Below, piece after piece: positions 21,154 to 33,863 of a DNA stretch of 64,000 bases. The position numbers were made by a program, and so were the translations under genes. The first letter of the stretch is position 1. Each line of letters opens with the position of its first letter. Under the pieces are notes generated by a model. It worked only from the letters and a program-made list of their open reading frames with translations, made no database searches and was not told where the DNA came from. Source of the DNA: Antedon mediterranea (Eukaryota > Animalia > Echinodermata); the NCBI RefSeq assembly GCF_964355755.1, contig NC_092670.1, positions 18,834,795-18,898,794 on the forward strand. The letters are read 5' to 3'.

Positions 21154-23581
21154 TTAAAAAAAGAATCCAAGAATTTTTCCTCCTACATGTTTCCTTCTCG
21201 CCTCCTCGTGATCCATAATACCACAGGATGTTGTAAGAACAAGGAATCTGAAGAGAAAAAGAGGTTTTGTTTTAAATGTTAAAAGTACATACACGTACAT
21301 AGTACAGGCTGTTCATTTTACATTTTATAAGTAAAGTGCCAGTTAAAAGTAAACAATATATCAGAATCACCCACAAAACCTATTAATTACATACATGGCA
21401 ACATCTGGAGTCGAAAAATAGATAGGTAGTCGCTTTTGGAGGCATTTGTTATTAGACAAGCTTAGTGAGGAGTAATTAGCATAATGTACTCGTTGAGTGG
21501 CTGAGCGGTTAGGTTACTGGAACCGTAATTACGTAGCCATAACATTGGCACGGGTTCGAGGCTCACTCGCTACATCGTTTTGGCGGTAGAATGAGTCTTC
21601 TCGAATAAGGATATAAAATGTAGGTCCAGTGTGCAAATCTTTTGAAACTAGTAGGGTTACCCCGGTATACTTGAAGCCATCAAGCAAAACCCCTGCCAGC
21701 CCAGAGTGCTGTATCTCTACGATCCTATATGTCAAGGGACATCTAGAACTATACTCGCATTATATATATATACTCGTATTGCTAAACTTACCCAAATTGT
21801 CTAGATGGTAGGAGGTTATTTGTCCACTGTTCTACAGATTTAATTGATACATCAAAGCGAGGACTGATGACACCACACTGTAAGAAACAAAATGTCACAT
21901 TTAGGTATTATCAACTTTGAGGTAAAGGAAATTAATGTTAACACTGCAGTATAAAAAGGTGGTACTTCTTGTCCAGCACTTGATTGAGATCCAAGACTTC
22001 TTCAGAATAATATGCAATTACCTTATTAATTCTCAAACGGTCATTAGATGGCCATATGTTGACATCAAATGTTGATATAATAAGCATAAAGCTCTGTCTA
22101 CACTATCAAACTTTATGCGACAAAAAAATGTAATGTGCCCATATAGTCGACCTTCTCATTTACACACTTCTCAATTACGAACCTTCTATTTTACGAACGC
22201 TGTTCGAACAATGACATCATCAGTAATATAATAAAACTTTTACATACCTACTAATTTATTATCTTCTTAATATTTAACTATCCCAAAACAATTATTTCAT
22301 AAATAAAGCAAAGCTTATTAAAAACGATTCACAATTTAGTTTAAAAGTTGTTTAGGCCTATGCTAGTAGTGGCCAGGAGATCATCATCCCCACTGCTGGA
22401 GTGCATGGAGAGCACCCTGCACAACATGTTTTTGAAAAAACTAAAGGTTGATCACGAACTGCAATAAGGCTAGCAACGATGACCATACTATAAATTAGTT
22501 TGGTTTGTGCATGTTTTTACGATATAAAAAAACATTTGACTCTTATTTATTAACATTTTAAAACTTTTGTCAGTCGTCGCGTAGCCATTTTCTGGAAATT
22601 CCATTTTACTTGCTGTCTCCACCACCACACATACATAGTAGCTTAAACATTTAAAAATATTTGCGGTCCAGAATGGATTTGATATTATTACTTCAAGAAC
22701 AAGTTCGTAAATTACAGTTTGTATCAAAATATGCAATAATAAAAAGTAAACGATGAAATTTTGGTACAGACAACATGTGTAACATAACAAAAAGCAGAAA
22801 TATCAATCTTTTTGGCAGTTTGGTGTTAATTTACATGTTAAATTTTATTGTTTTATACTGTATTTTTAATACTGTTTGTTCTTTTACTGTACTATGCACA
22901 TTAAGTTTTACAGAGGGCATTTGTTTGGACTTGTTTTACCACTGATTTTAATAGAGGGCGCTTTTTCCGAACCTTCTCATTTACGAACGTCTCTCAGACC
23001 AAGGGGTACGTAAATGAGAAGGTCGACTGTATATGGATATGATGATGTCATATCACTACCATATTTGGGCTTTTTTTTTTTTTTCCTTTTGTTGGTGGAA
23101 AAGCAGAGAATAGCATTGGTATGGGATCTTGGAACAAAGCAAAGCTTTGTGGCAAAAAACCACGTTTCACTGGAGACAAACATTAGCAGCCTTATGGGCC
23201 AAAGAGGATAGATAGGCAGGTACCTTATTAATTCTACCGTTTAAATTGACAACAATCTTTCCAGATCTATGGTCGTCAATAATCTCAAATTCACCAATGT
23301 ATCCTGCAGAAAAATGAAAAAAAAAAATTAAAAAACTTGTAATAAACAAAAAATTTATGATGGTCTAAAAAAAGATGAAATGAAATTTATTATCTAGCAA
23401 TCACATTTTACCAAATACATTAAATCAATGTTCTGAATATTGACTCACCATGTTTCATCATTACTGTAAGGAATTTGACAATGACCTTTGAACTTGGTCT
23501 GATCATCACTTGTCGTTTTCCTCGCTTTTCAGCATTGCAGATGGAGCGGAGCGCGTCCGCTAGGACATTCATTCGTACCAT
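21154..23581 (-). CDS. RPS15A: 40S ribosomal protein S15a (uS8)
   Basis: Exons 23581-23449, 23303-23224, 21877-21792 and 21247-21154 give [119 protein letters not shown]. Confidence 0.98.
21490..21775 (+). mobile_element. tRNA-derived SINE in the last RPS15A intron
   Basis: A box TGGCTGAGCGG, B box GGTTCGAGGC, core-like taaggatataaaatgtaggtcc..agtaggg..cccggt and a (TA)n tail. Confidence 0.65.
22090..23070. mobile_element. MITE family A copy split by a nested TA-TSD element
   Basis: The family-A left part (22090-22143) resumes at 23030 (tatggatatgatgatgtcatatcactaccatatttgggc). Confidence 0.75.
22144..23029. mobile_element. Tc1/mariner (pogo/Tigger-like) non-autonomous element
   Basis: TIR (c/t)agtcgaccttctcatttac / gtaaatgagaaggtcgactg, a TA duplication, and subterminal ccttctcatttacgaac repeats. 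Confidence 0.75.
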
Positions 23582-24205
23582 GATGGCTGTAATTAAAAAT
23601 AAAACAATTGTTAAACTAGTAATTAGTATCGAGTCATAAATCACAAACCATCACCAGTACTGTCAGTAGTGGCCGGTGTAACAGGCCTAGCATGGATGTG
23701 GGGACCGGTCGAGCTCTGATCTAGCCCCTTTTTACTCTCTAGGGCCTAGTAGGCCTAGCTTAGTTAATTAATAATAGGAGGCTAGCTAGCCTAGTCTACT
23801 TTCTACTAGCTAGGGCCTTAGGCCTAGTAATAGGTAGGTTGGCTACTTACTCTAGCGACTAATAGGTAGTAGGGTTAGCTAGGAAGCAGGCATAGGCCCC
23901 TTCTTACTTTAACATTTCTACCATTGACATGCGAGATACACTATGCATTGCTGTCTATCTACCTCCCTATTTATTTCCATTGTGAGCTGAGAGGGAGACG
24001 GACGGAGGTCGTCCGCCATGAACGAAAACATGTAATAAACAGCATCCAAAATAATACAAGATTTAATCCATATTCAATAATATTAGTATAATAAATCTTC
24101 TAATTAAATATACTTTCATATTATCGTAAATTTTAGTACTAAAAGGTATGTATCACCGGTGATTTTAATTGATTAAAACAGAGAATTAAATTTTTCAACA
24201 CAGAC

Positions 24206-24231
24206 CTATGAATGTAAATGTTAAGAGGAAG
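24206..24231 (-). promoter_or_regulatory. Probable non-coding first exon of RPS15A with 5' TOP start
   Basis: Minus strand CTTCCTCTTAACATTTACATTCATAG|GTCTGT: a C-start pyrimidine tract typical of ribosomal protein genes, followed by a GT donor. Confidence 0.65.
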
Positions 24232-24285
24232 TCACAAAGGTTGATGGGATAGAGTTGATTTTATTACAGTAAACGCCCTCAAATA

Positions 24286-24317
24286 AAAATGGCAGCCACC
24301 ATGGTGGCTGCCATTTT
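24286..24317. promoter_or_regulatory. Perfect 32-bp palindrome with two YY1-like sites in the RPS15A/HEATR9 bidirectional promoter
   Basis: aaaatggcagccacca|tggtggctgccatttt. Confidence 0.7.
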
Positions 24318-24843
24318 CTTGCTACTAATTAATTAAAGAGGGCGCAAATTCACAATAAACACTAAACATGCAAGGCATAGCAACGCTCGTTTATTGAGCC
24401 AGTTTACAAAGTTTAAATTACCTTTACTGTGGTGCAATTAAATACCTTATAAATACTGCATGCATTATAGTAATCAACAGTATGTTTTATTTAGCTTAGC
24501 TTTATTATTAATTATGCTTAAGCTAGCCTAGCTAGGCCCTAAACCTAGCTAGCTAGGCTATAAACTTTTAGGCTAGGCTAGAATAGTAGACACTAGGCCT
24601 ATACTGTAGGCCTAGCCTAGGCCTAGCTAGATAGAGGCCTTCTTATATAGGTTAGGCCTAAGATAGGATCATCTATGGCCTAGTAGTAGTATCTATCACA
24701 AACAAGGCCTTTTTTAAACTAAAGTGGTTTCATTAATAGATGCCTACATTTTATTTGACAGATTCTAGGCTAGGCCACCACACTACACTAATTACTTTAT
24801 TACTAATTAGTATTACTTGTTTTGTTTTTTTTACATAGACAAA

Positions 24844-27800
24844 ATGCCTACTCTAGAAGAAGCCAGTCAGACATCAAAGCGTCAACGCACATTTGTTGGC
24901 CGTCCTCAAGCAATAACGAGTGGTATCAAACTGTGTAAAGTGAAACCTGTGGCAAATCGATCAGATATTCTGTTGGATGATCAGGTATAAAATCAACAAA
25001 ATGTGTACTTGATACAATAATAAAGCCATGACTCAAAACTGCCCTCTTCTACCACTAACTCTTTAGAGAACAAGTTGTGAAAACAACCTGTGGAGAACAG
25101 ATTGAAGGCAACATAATAATAATATCATTTTGTCTTAAACAATTAATTATCACTGTCATCTTATTAACTTACGTGCACAAACATTAGTTTGTATTCAATT
25201 TGACATATTATCATACAAAGGGATAATTGAAGTAATTGTGGTTTGTTTTTTAGATGTTCATTGTTAAAGATCTGCAAGATGCCTTGGAGAATGCAATGCA
25301 TCACTATGACCGCGCCAAAACAGAGAATGACAAGATTCTCTATCAAATTCAGGTTGATGAACTCAAAGCAAAATGCGATGAGATGGTTCTTTTATTGAAG
25401 GTGGTTGACAAAATTAATCGTGAATTAATGTATGCTCGAGTTGAGCTGACGAAAGCTGCAAAGATTGGAAAGAATGTTCAGGCAGCTCGTAAAAGAGTTG
25501 TATGGCTCGAAGATCGGAAAGAGAAACTTCTTTTGAAGTACAGACGTCCACCATCAGCAAGAAGTGAGGTAAATTGATTTTTAATGGTAAAAATCTTGTT
25601 TATAATTGAGACAGTTTTTTTTGTCAAATTACTCAAAATTATTAACACTGTACATGTACAGCATTGATTGTTGTTGTTTATTTTGCCTTAAGCTCTGTCT
25701 GCATCAAACTTTATGTGACAAAAAATGTGATTTGCCCTGGTACTGATATGAATGATGTCACTGTGTCCATATAAGGGCACATCCCATTTTTTGTCACATA
25801 AGTTTGATAGTGTAGACAAAGCTTTAGACCCATATCATTTTAGTTTCTTCATTATTTTTGTACTTTTTGTTTTTAATGTTGTGATAAATTTGGTCGCACC
25901 CTCAATTAACAAGGATAAAGGAATAAAATGAAAAAGACCTAAGCCCAATTAGAGATGTTAGATGTTATATACAGAATGATTATACCAAAAGTGTTATGTT
26001 ATTATTTCATAGAACATTGAAAAATCAGCTTTTCTTGATGACAGTGATGAATATGATGAGAACTACCCTCCAAAGATCCCTCCATCTGCTGATGCGGCTA
26101 TTCCAGATCTTTATTCTTCCAACGTCAGTAGGAACACGTTTTCATCTATTGATGACATTCTTCCGTCCTCTCCAGTTCGTCGCAATAGATCCAGAATCAA
26201 TAGTTTGCCTCACAGAAATGTGTTCCCTGAAAGTTTCTTTGAAATGAGCGAGGTCAGAGAGGATCAAAGGTTGAAACAGAAACGGTTGTCAAAGCAGAAA
26301 CCTCTGGATGAAGATGGTGGAAGAGTTGTTTTGAAACCAGAGAAGTCAATTCTGAAGTTTCCTAGTGGTAGTGGAGATGCTTCCATTGGTATGAAAGGTG
26401 CTGCCACAGGAGATAGGGAATACACTGAAATGTCGATTTACCCTCAGAATTCAGTGACAACAGCTACCACGCCAGAAGTGTACTCTGAGATTAGTGACAG
26501 TAGACCTAGCACAATGCATCGTAATAAAAGGCAGTCAAATTCTGGCCTTCAACAGGTAATGTTTTTCTTTTGACACTTGCCAATTACAACTATACGTTCT
26601 ATCTAACTTAAGCCTTTTTATTGGCAGTAATAATTATTTTCAAGTTATTTTTATTTCTAGAGGACACAAAGTGAAGAAAGTCATAAAGGTGTGTTCCTCA
26701 CTGAAAGGTCAGAGGATGATGATGAGGTCAGAGTATCAAGGTCGGGTGAGGTCAAAGAAATGCGTAAGGTGTCAGTTATATCACCTCAACCCCCAGATTA
26801 TTATGAAGAAGAAAATGATGAAGAAGAGTCTGACGTGGCTCAAGAAGGTATTGTAAATCAATATTTTCAGTCTTCATTTGATTTACATATAAGTAAATGC
26901 TAGTGTGTGATGATAGGCTGCGCATTCTGTAGATTTTGTAAACATACATCATTTAATTTATTTGTTTGCAAACATAGATCAGCCACCTAATAGAAGTCGT
27001 AGCACTGTGACAGATGCCACAGAAGAGTATTGGTTGTCTGATCACCACAGGTAAATAAATCTTCAGTCTTAAATCTTTAGGTTTGTACGCGCTTCATATA
27101 TGTTTTTTATTTTATTTTTTATTTTTATTTTATTTTTATTTTTATTTTATTCAGTCAAAACCAACAGCGATAAATACCGCCATTGAATTGTTTTCTTTCT
27201 TTGTTTCCTAGGTTTGAGTACAACCAGTTTGTTGATGCACTTACAAAAGAGAACCCATTGTCTTACCACTCACTTGGTCTTGCTGTCCAGTCAACATTTA
27301 TGTCCTCAGGTATGGCATGTATTTTTCATTCATTTTTTAAAATCGTCAACGCCCTCATTGTTTGATTATTTAACCCAAATGATAATAATGATTTATCAAT
27401 ATGTGAATACATTTGTATTTTCTATTGAATTTCTAGCTGACACTAATGGTCCTGAGCTACCTTGGTTAGAGGGTGTTACAGCTGGAAATATGGGGGATGC
27501 TCAGGTGAGTGTAGGCTAGACATACAAACTATTGTAGGCCTACCCAAAAGAGGTGCTAACATTTTAAAGGATTTAAGCTTGATAATATACATAATATTTT
27601 GGTGGCTGGTTTAATGCTAACTATTATTTTAAAATATCATAACCTGATACTTTGCTTATTATTAATTTTAATTATTAATACACAAGAATAATGTTTTGAT
27701 ATTTTTATCTAATTGTTAAAACAGAGTATGGAGTTAGATACAGTAAGTTTAACTACTAAAGATCATAAAGCAACATGTACATAAGGACAAGGAATCACTT

Positions 27801-30800
27801 AGCTTTCCCGCAATTTGGCTGATTGCTTTTTCAATTTCAATTTTCTTTTATTTCGGAGTTATACATCCCCAACATCAAATCTCTAAATCTCTGTCTACAC
27901 TATTAAACTAGTTTTTGACAAAAAAGTGTGGTGTGCTCAATGGTAGTAATATGGCATCATCATGTCCATATGTGGGCACATCACATTTTGTTATCACATA
28001 AGGTTTGATAGTGTAAACAGAGCTTAATAACTGTTGTATCACCACAACAGAAAAAAAACTATGTTGTGTTGATATATCAAGATGACCAGTAATACAAAAT
28101 GCTGGCTGGAGTGCCAGATCCAGTTGTAGGCCCTAAAATAAAGTGCTGAATTCAACCTAATTTATGCAGCAACCTGGTGGGGTTCTACTCATTTTTATTT
28201 GTCAACTGACCTTGCTTTACAATATCTGCTTTTATAATTTTTTTCGTTATTTTTTTTACATTTTTGCTTTTTGTTTTCATTTTTCATATCATTTTAAACC
28301 ATTAAAGATGGAAGGTGTAAGTATGTTTACATGTGTTTGATTGCGGTGGTTTGTTTGATTGGATTTAAGCTTCATAATAACACCCACACTCAACAACACC
28401 CACACGTCACCCATCCAAACTTTCCAGGAACTGAATATGCAAACAATTTGCAATGAATTTATCAACTTGTCAAAATTGGCTACCTTTAAACTTGATATTT
28501 TTGGCACCAAGAAATATCCTATTAAGACTACATTAACATCTACTTTATTTTGGTTTTAAATAATAAAACATTTTAAAGCACAAATGATGCACTTTCATCC
28601 ATCACTCTTATATTTATATCCATTTTCTATTGATTTTTTCCTCATTTTCTGAAATCAATAATTGATTGGGTTTTATTTATTTATTTATTTTTTCATCCAA
28701 CAGTGAACTCAAGGTTCACCACTTACAGGAGGGAACAAACACCAAACAATTATTCACATATAATAGCTCTCCCATATTAAATTTAAATAAACATTATTTT
28801 CATTTTAACCAACCCCATTTTAGCCATGTTTACTGATAAAAATATTTTAATTTTCTAGAAAATCGCCCTGGATAAGTTGTCGGAGAAAATTCATAAGATG
28901 TACAGTAAGGTTGAAGGAGCAGCTATACAATCAGTACAGATGACCCCGACACCTGTAGAGAATGAAGCAACGTTACTTGCAACCATGGAAGGTACACTCT
29001 TTCACCTCGAATCAAGACAATAAAAACCATTGTGTTGTGGCGTGTCAAATGAAATTAGACTAACTCTGCCAAGAACACTAACCTTTGTCTGAACATAAGT
29101 GATATTCATTCACTCTCATATACTATGTTTTCTCTATCCTCTCTTTCTTCTCTCTTTCTTCTCTCTTCTTTTCTTCATTCCTTATAATACTGTATGTATT
29201 TTGTATATAGTTTATATCCTAATATTTATTTTTTTCTGTTTTCAAAGGTCGTTTGAGTTGTATTTCTCAGAAACAAAGTTCAGAAAGCAAAGTAAGATTA
29301 TTTACTTTGTATTTTTGATACAAAACTTTTGTAAAGTAATTACAAAAGTCTAAAGCTCTGTCTACACTACCAAAAAAGTGTGATGTGCCTAAATATGGTA
29401 GTGATATGCTCAATGGTAGTGGTATGACATCATCATGTCCATATATGGGCACATACACATTTTTTTTCTCATAAAGTTTGATAATGTAGACAGAGCTTAG
29501 TATTAAATGTAAATGTTACCATCAATATTTGATTTTGCAGCCTGACTCAAGTAAGAGTGTGAGGAGTCTTGTGAGTATAAAAGACGACGACGAGGACTAT
29601 AATATCAAGAGTAAAGAGACCTCCTCAGGAAGACACTCCTCAATGAAAACAAAGAAAGCAGTACACAGAGCTACTGCCTCAGATCTACCCAAACAGCAGC
29701 TATCTAACACAGGCCTGATGTATAACCCACCGGCTATACCAATTCCAGAAGTGCTTCCACTGACAAGAACGGTTCGTATACAGTCATGGTTGATTTTTAC
29801 TTTCCTCTGCATAAAATGATTCAATGAAAATAAGAAATGTAATTCTCTTGAGATTCCATATACTATGGAATTAGTGGTCAAGTAATAAAATGTTCTGTTT
29901 TCCCTGTGTACTGTTATGTGAATTGTTACACACATGTATAAATCACTCGGCTTAAGCCCTGTCTACACTATCAAACTTTATGTGACAAAAAAATGTGATG
30001 TACACATGTATAGACATGATCATATCACTACCATATTTGGCCATATTACTACCATAATTTACAGACAAGTAACACCCCAGCCTATAGATAAATAAACTTA
30101 TTTTTTTATTCTTACGGTTGGCTTTAGAATCCAAATAAAATCTACCCAAAAATATCAAGTGACTGGAACAATGTTGACCCAGACCCAATACCACCTACGA
30201 TCAGATTGGTCAACCAGATGAACGTTGCTAAGGAAACAACCTTGTTGCTATATAAGAGTAAAGAGTCAAAGCGCATTGGTTTTACTTTACCAGTTAAGAA
30301 ACGGCCAACACCCAAGTCAAAGAACAGGTGAGTGTAATTCCTTCACAAGACATACCAGAGGTGGACATCTATTTTTTCATGTTGAAATCAAATGTAAAAA
30401 CCCCTTTTGCTCCCTACAACCTCCATTCCAAGTCCTCACCCTTGAACCTTTTGTGAGGATATAGCCCACTTCAGCCATTGAATAGTGATTTTATCCTATG
30501 GCTACCTTTGTATATTAAGATCTACATCAATTACAGTACATTAGATAAAGAGACCAACCAACTTTAATAACAGTCAACTACATTTTTGTGTACTATAAAA
30601 GCATTATTCTTTTTGTTAAGGAAAAACGTGACTCTTGCGAACCATCCAATTTTAGCTGCCAGTAGAGTGGCAGCTATGATGATGAGTAAACAAAGTACTG
30701 ATGCCTTAAGACTGGATAAAGACGGCCTCAAGTGGAAGAGAGTTGAGGTATTTAAGTCATATTTTAAACAAAATCTCTGTTTAATGCCAATAACACTAAA

Positions 30801-33800
30801 GACATCCATGCATTTGTATGCCTACTTTCTTACAACTATGAATACAAACCAATCGGGAATCTTCTTAAAATACAAATTTGTTGATTTCAGAGTTTAATTT
30901 ATGAGAAGTTGCTATCAGAAAATGTACAAGAGAGAAGAGATGCTGCAATGGTAGGTCTTATTGTGTAGTTTCTAGGCTATAAATGTTTTGCCTTTGGTGA
31001 ATAAAGAATTATGAATGAATGAATGAATGAAGATTGTTTTCTACTACAATATTCAAAATGTTTATAGTACTTTTCATAAAACTTCTATTCTAAGCCAGCT
31101 TGAAATAATTAAATGTGCATTTAGCTCATAAATTCTAAAAAGTTCAAAATAGCACTCATTTGCATTAAATATTTGTATAGGATTTGCATTATGGTATCTC
31201 ATGCAGTAATTGAATAAAAGTATTTAGTTGGTGTGGCGAGCATTTTTCAATTCAATACACCCTTCAATTCAACATTTCATATTCCCAGCATTTAGGTTCT
31301 CTGAAATGTGTAAATGAAGAGGTGTTTTCTGCACTTATTCAAAGGGTAAGTAACAGTAACATCTAAATTTCTTTTGTTATGTTGGTTGAAATACGACTGT
31401 ACCAACTAACAGTGTGTATCATGAGAATGGTTTAGTTCAGTAGTTTAAAATTAAATCTAATCACTATTTATCAGTCTTTAATGACTAGTTTCGGCATTTT
31501 TTTTAAGGTGGAAGAGGACAAAGATTCTAAGGTTCGTTACAAGGCAAGCAAGAGTCTAATTACCCTAGGATGCTGGAAACCGGTGCCAATCACAGCGTTG
31601 CTGAATCACTTGCAGTCTGCTGATCTGCAGATACAGCTTGATATTGTGAAAACGATTATTACGGCTAGGAATGTGCATTTTATTAATAAGGTATTCACTT
31701 TATAATAAATATACTAAATAATATAAATAAAAGTAAAACAAAGTAAACATTGGGCTTTAAAGTCAATAGAAAATTCAGAAAATTATAAATTGATTTATTC
31801 TTCTACTGTAATAGAATCCAAACTAAAAAAAATAGACATTTTATACCAACTTTCCCTAGTTGACTGTAGAGTTATATCCTTTTCAGAATCAGCCATGCAT
31901 AAAGGAGTTGATAGAGAAACTGAAGCAGCTCTGTCAAGTAGAGGCTGAATCTGAACTAGCTTACTATTGCGCTGTTTGTCTTGGCAGCTTGTGTGAACAG
32001 GACCAAGTTGCTAAGCAAAAGTTGTTGAAAAGTCTTCAAAGTAAAGATTCATACATTATTGCTCAGGTAATTATTGTGGGTTGGAGTTAACATGCTTGGT
32101 TTTCAAAGTTATGACTCTAGAGTTTGCAGTGTCATGAACCCACCTTTTGCATGTTGCTTTATTGAAACAGAAAAGTCCTCTGTGTGAAAGGGGTTTATGA
32201 ATGACCAATATCGATTCTACCATAGAATTCCTATACTTTAACACTATTGTTTTTGTTTTAGTCGTTGGAGACTCTAGTACGGCAGATGCATACAACAGAA
32301 CCCGATGTCGTGCAGACAATTCTGGTTCAACTACAGACATCCAAAGTCAGCAAGCATAGATGTGCTGCTGCAAGGTTATTGAACTTTCTTGGTAAATATT
32401 TTAATCAGTCAGTCAGTCTGTCAGTCCATCAAACTATAGTAGATAGACGGTCACTCATTATACTGTATTTGTTCTTTTTTAAGGTTCTGTCTGTATACCA
32501 ACACAAGAGGCAGCTCAGAACGTCTTCAATGTATTGGAACAGCAACTGTATAATGACCCAGTTAAAGTAAGTTGTTAATGTTTAGCTCTTTGTGCATACA
32601 GATCTCTCCAGTTAATTAAAGACTGCTTTTATGTATTTCTGTATTTTATTGTTCACTACTACTTTTAATACCATCTCAATATTGTATGTAAATGGGGTTT
32701 CGCCAGGGACAAGCAATTTTCCATTTTATTGTACATTTGTAATGTTATAATTATGTTTTTACAGGATGTACGGAGTGAAATAGCAAACACAGTTACAGAA
32801 CTTGGGATGAGATCATGGCTAATGGATAATGTAGAGAGGTGAGCATTGTCTACATGTTGTAATGACTCTACTTGAATTAAATTCGTTTTTCTAATGCCAA
32901 CTTAATTTGTCATTATTTAAATATCTCTTTTAGTCGACTGGAGGATGAAGATGACAGTTTGAGGACTAGTGCTGTTATTTCAGTGGTGAGTTCTGACAAG
33001 AAATAAGGTTATTTGGTGAAAATTAATTAAGGTGGTGTTGTCTGGTGTTGTTTAGTGTATAGAAATTGAAATATTTTCCTGTAGTTATTGATAACAGAAA
33101 TAAAAAGTGTTTGAAATTGTCCGATCCAGGTCTGGAATCGTATACAATACTGTATGTGATATTATTTGCGTACTAAGATTTGAATTATTATTTCTATTCC
33201 AGGGTGTTCTTGGGATGAAATCAGACCATGTGATCAGAATGCTACTGGATATGCTGGAGCTTGATTCATCCGACTATGTGCGGTTAATGGTGGTAAGAAC
33301 ATTTGCTCAACTTGGTGTTGCCAATTTGAAAATTATGAGATCATTGAGGGACAAGGAACGATCTGGAGGCCCTTTGAGCAGGTAAGTATTTTTTTAATAT
33401 TTCATACGCATCCAACAGCGAGCAAAATCTCGCCAATTACAGGATGGATAAACTATTTTATAATCTATTATATATAAACTAAATCTATTGAGCCTTAGGG
33501 AGTGAAGTTGAACGAGTCCTGGCACTAAGTCAGGATTGAATCCCAGACCTTTGGATTGGAATAACCGCTCCAGCATGTAGCATAGCTCACCTCAATAGTT
33601 CAGTTGTATAAAAACACAAAAAAAACTAAATTACAAGTATTGAGATGAGTAATTAATTTAGTTTTATTTATTGGTTTTTCAGAGAAGCTGCAAATGCATT
33701 GAAGATTCTTCAAGGTCAAAAGAAGAGCCATACATCACGACAAGGACCTAGAATGTTAGAAATGATGTCACCACCAAGAAGCCCTGTTGCCAGTCCCAAC

Positions 33801-33863
33801 AGGTGCAGTCCAATCGATCGAAAGAATACGAACAATCCGCATTTAAAAATAAAAACAAACTAA
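24844..33863 (+). CDS. HEATR9: HEAT repeat-containing protein, HEATR9-like, with long N-terminal extension
   Basis: Many GT-AG exons (24844-24984, 25254-25568, 26013-26555, 26661-26847 ... last 33683-33863). The C-terminal half has KVRYKASKSLITLGC, AVCLGSL, LETLVRQMH..VVQTILVQL..HRCAAARLL, NDPVKDVRSEIANTVTEL and RTSAVISVGVLGMKS..LLDMLE, collinear with remembered vertebrate HEATR9. Internal exon set not fully resolved. Confidence 0.78.
25692..25822. mobile_element. MITE family A copy
   Basis: agctctgtct...gtgtagacaaagct termini. Confidence 0.75.
27887..28024. mobile_element. MITE family A copy
   Basis: Family A TIRs and internal repeat. Confidence 0.75.
29354..29497. mobile_element. MITE family A copy
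   Basis: Family A TIRs. Another partial copy lies at about 29955-30060. Confidence 0.75.

Noticed and set aside
21355-21460. Box C/D snoRNA in the last RPS15A intron
   Set aside because: A CTGA is present on the minus strand, but there is no box C at a suitable distance and no terminal stem.
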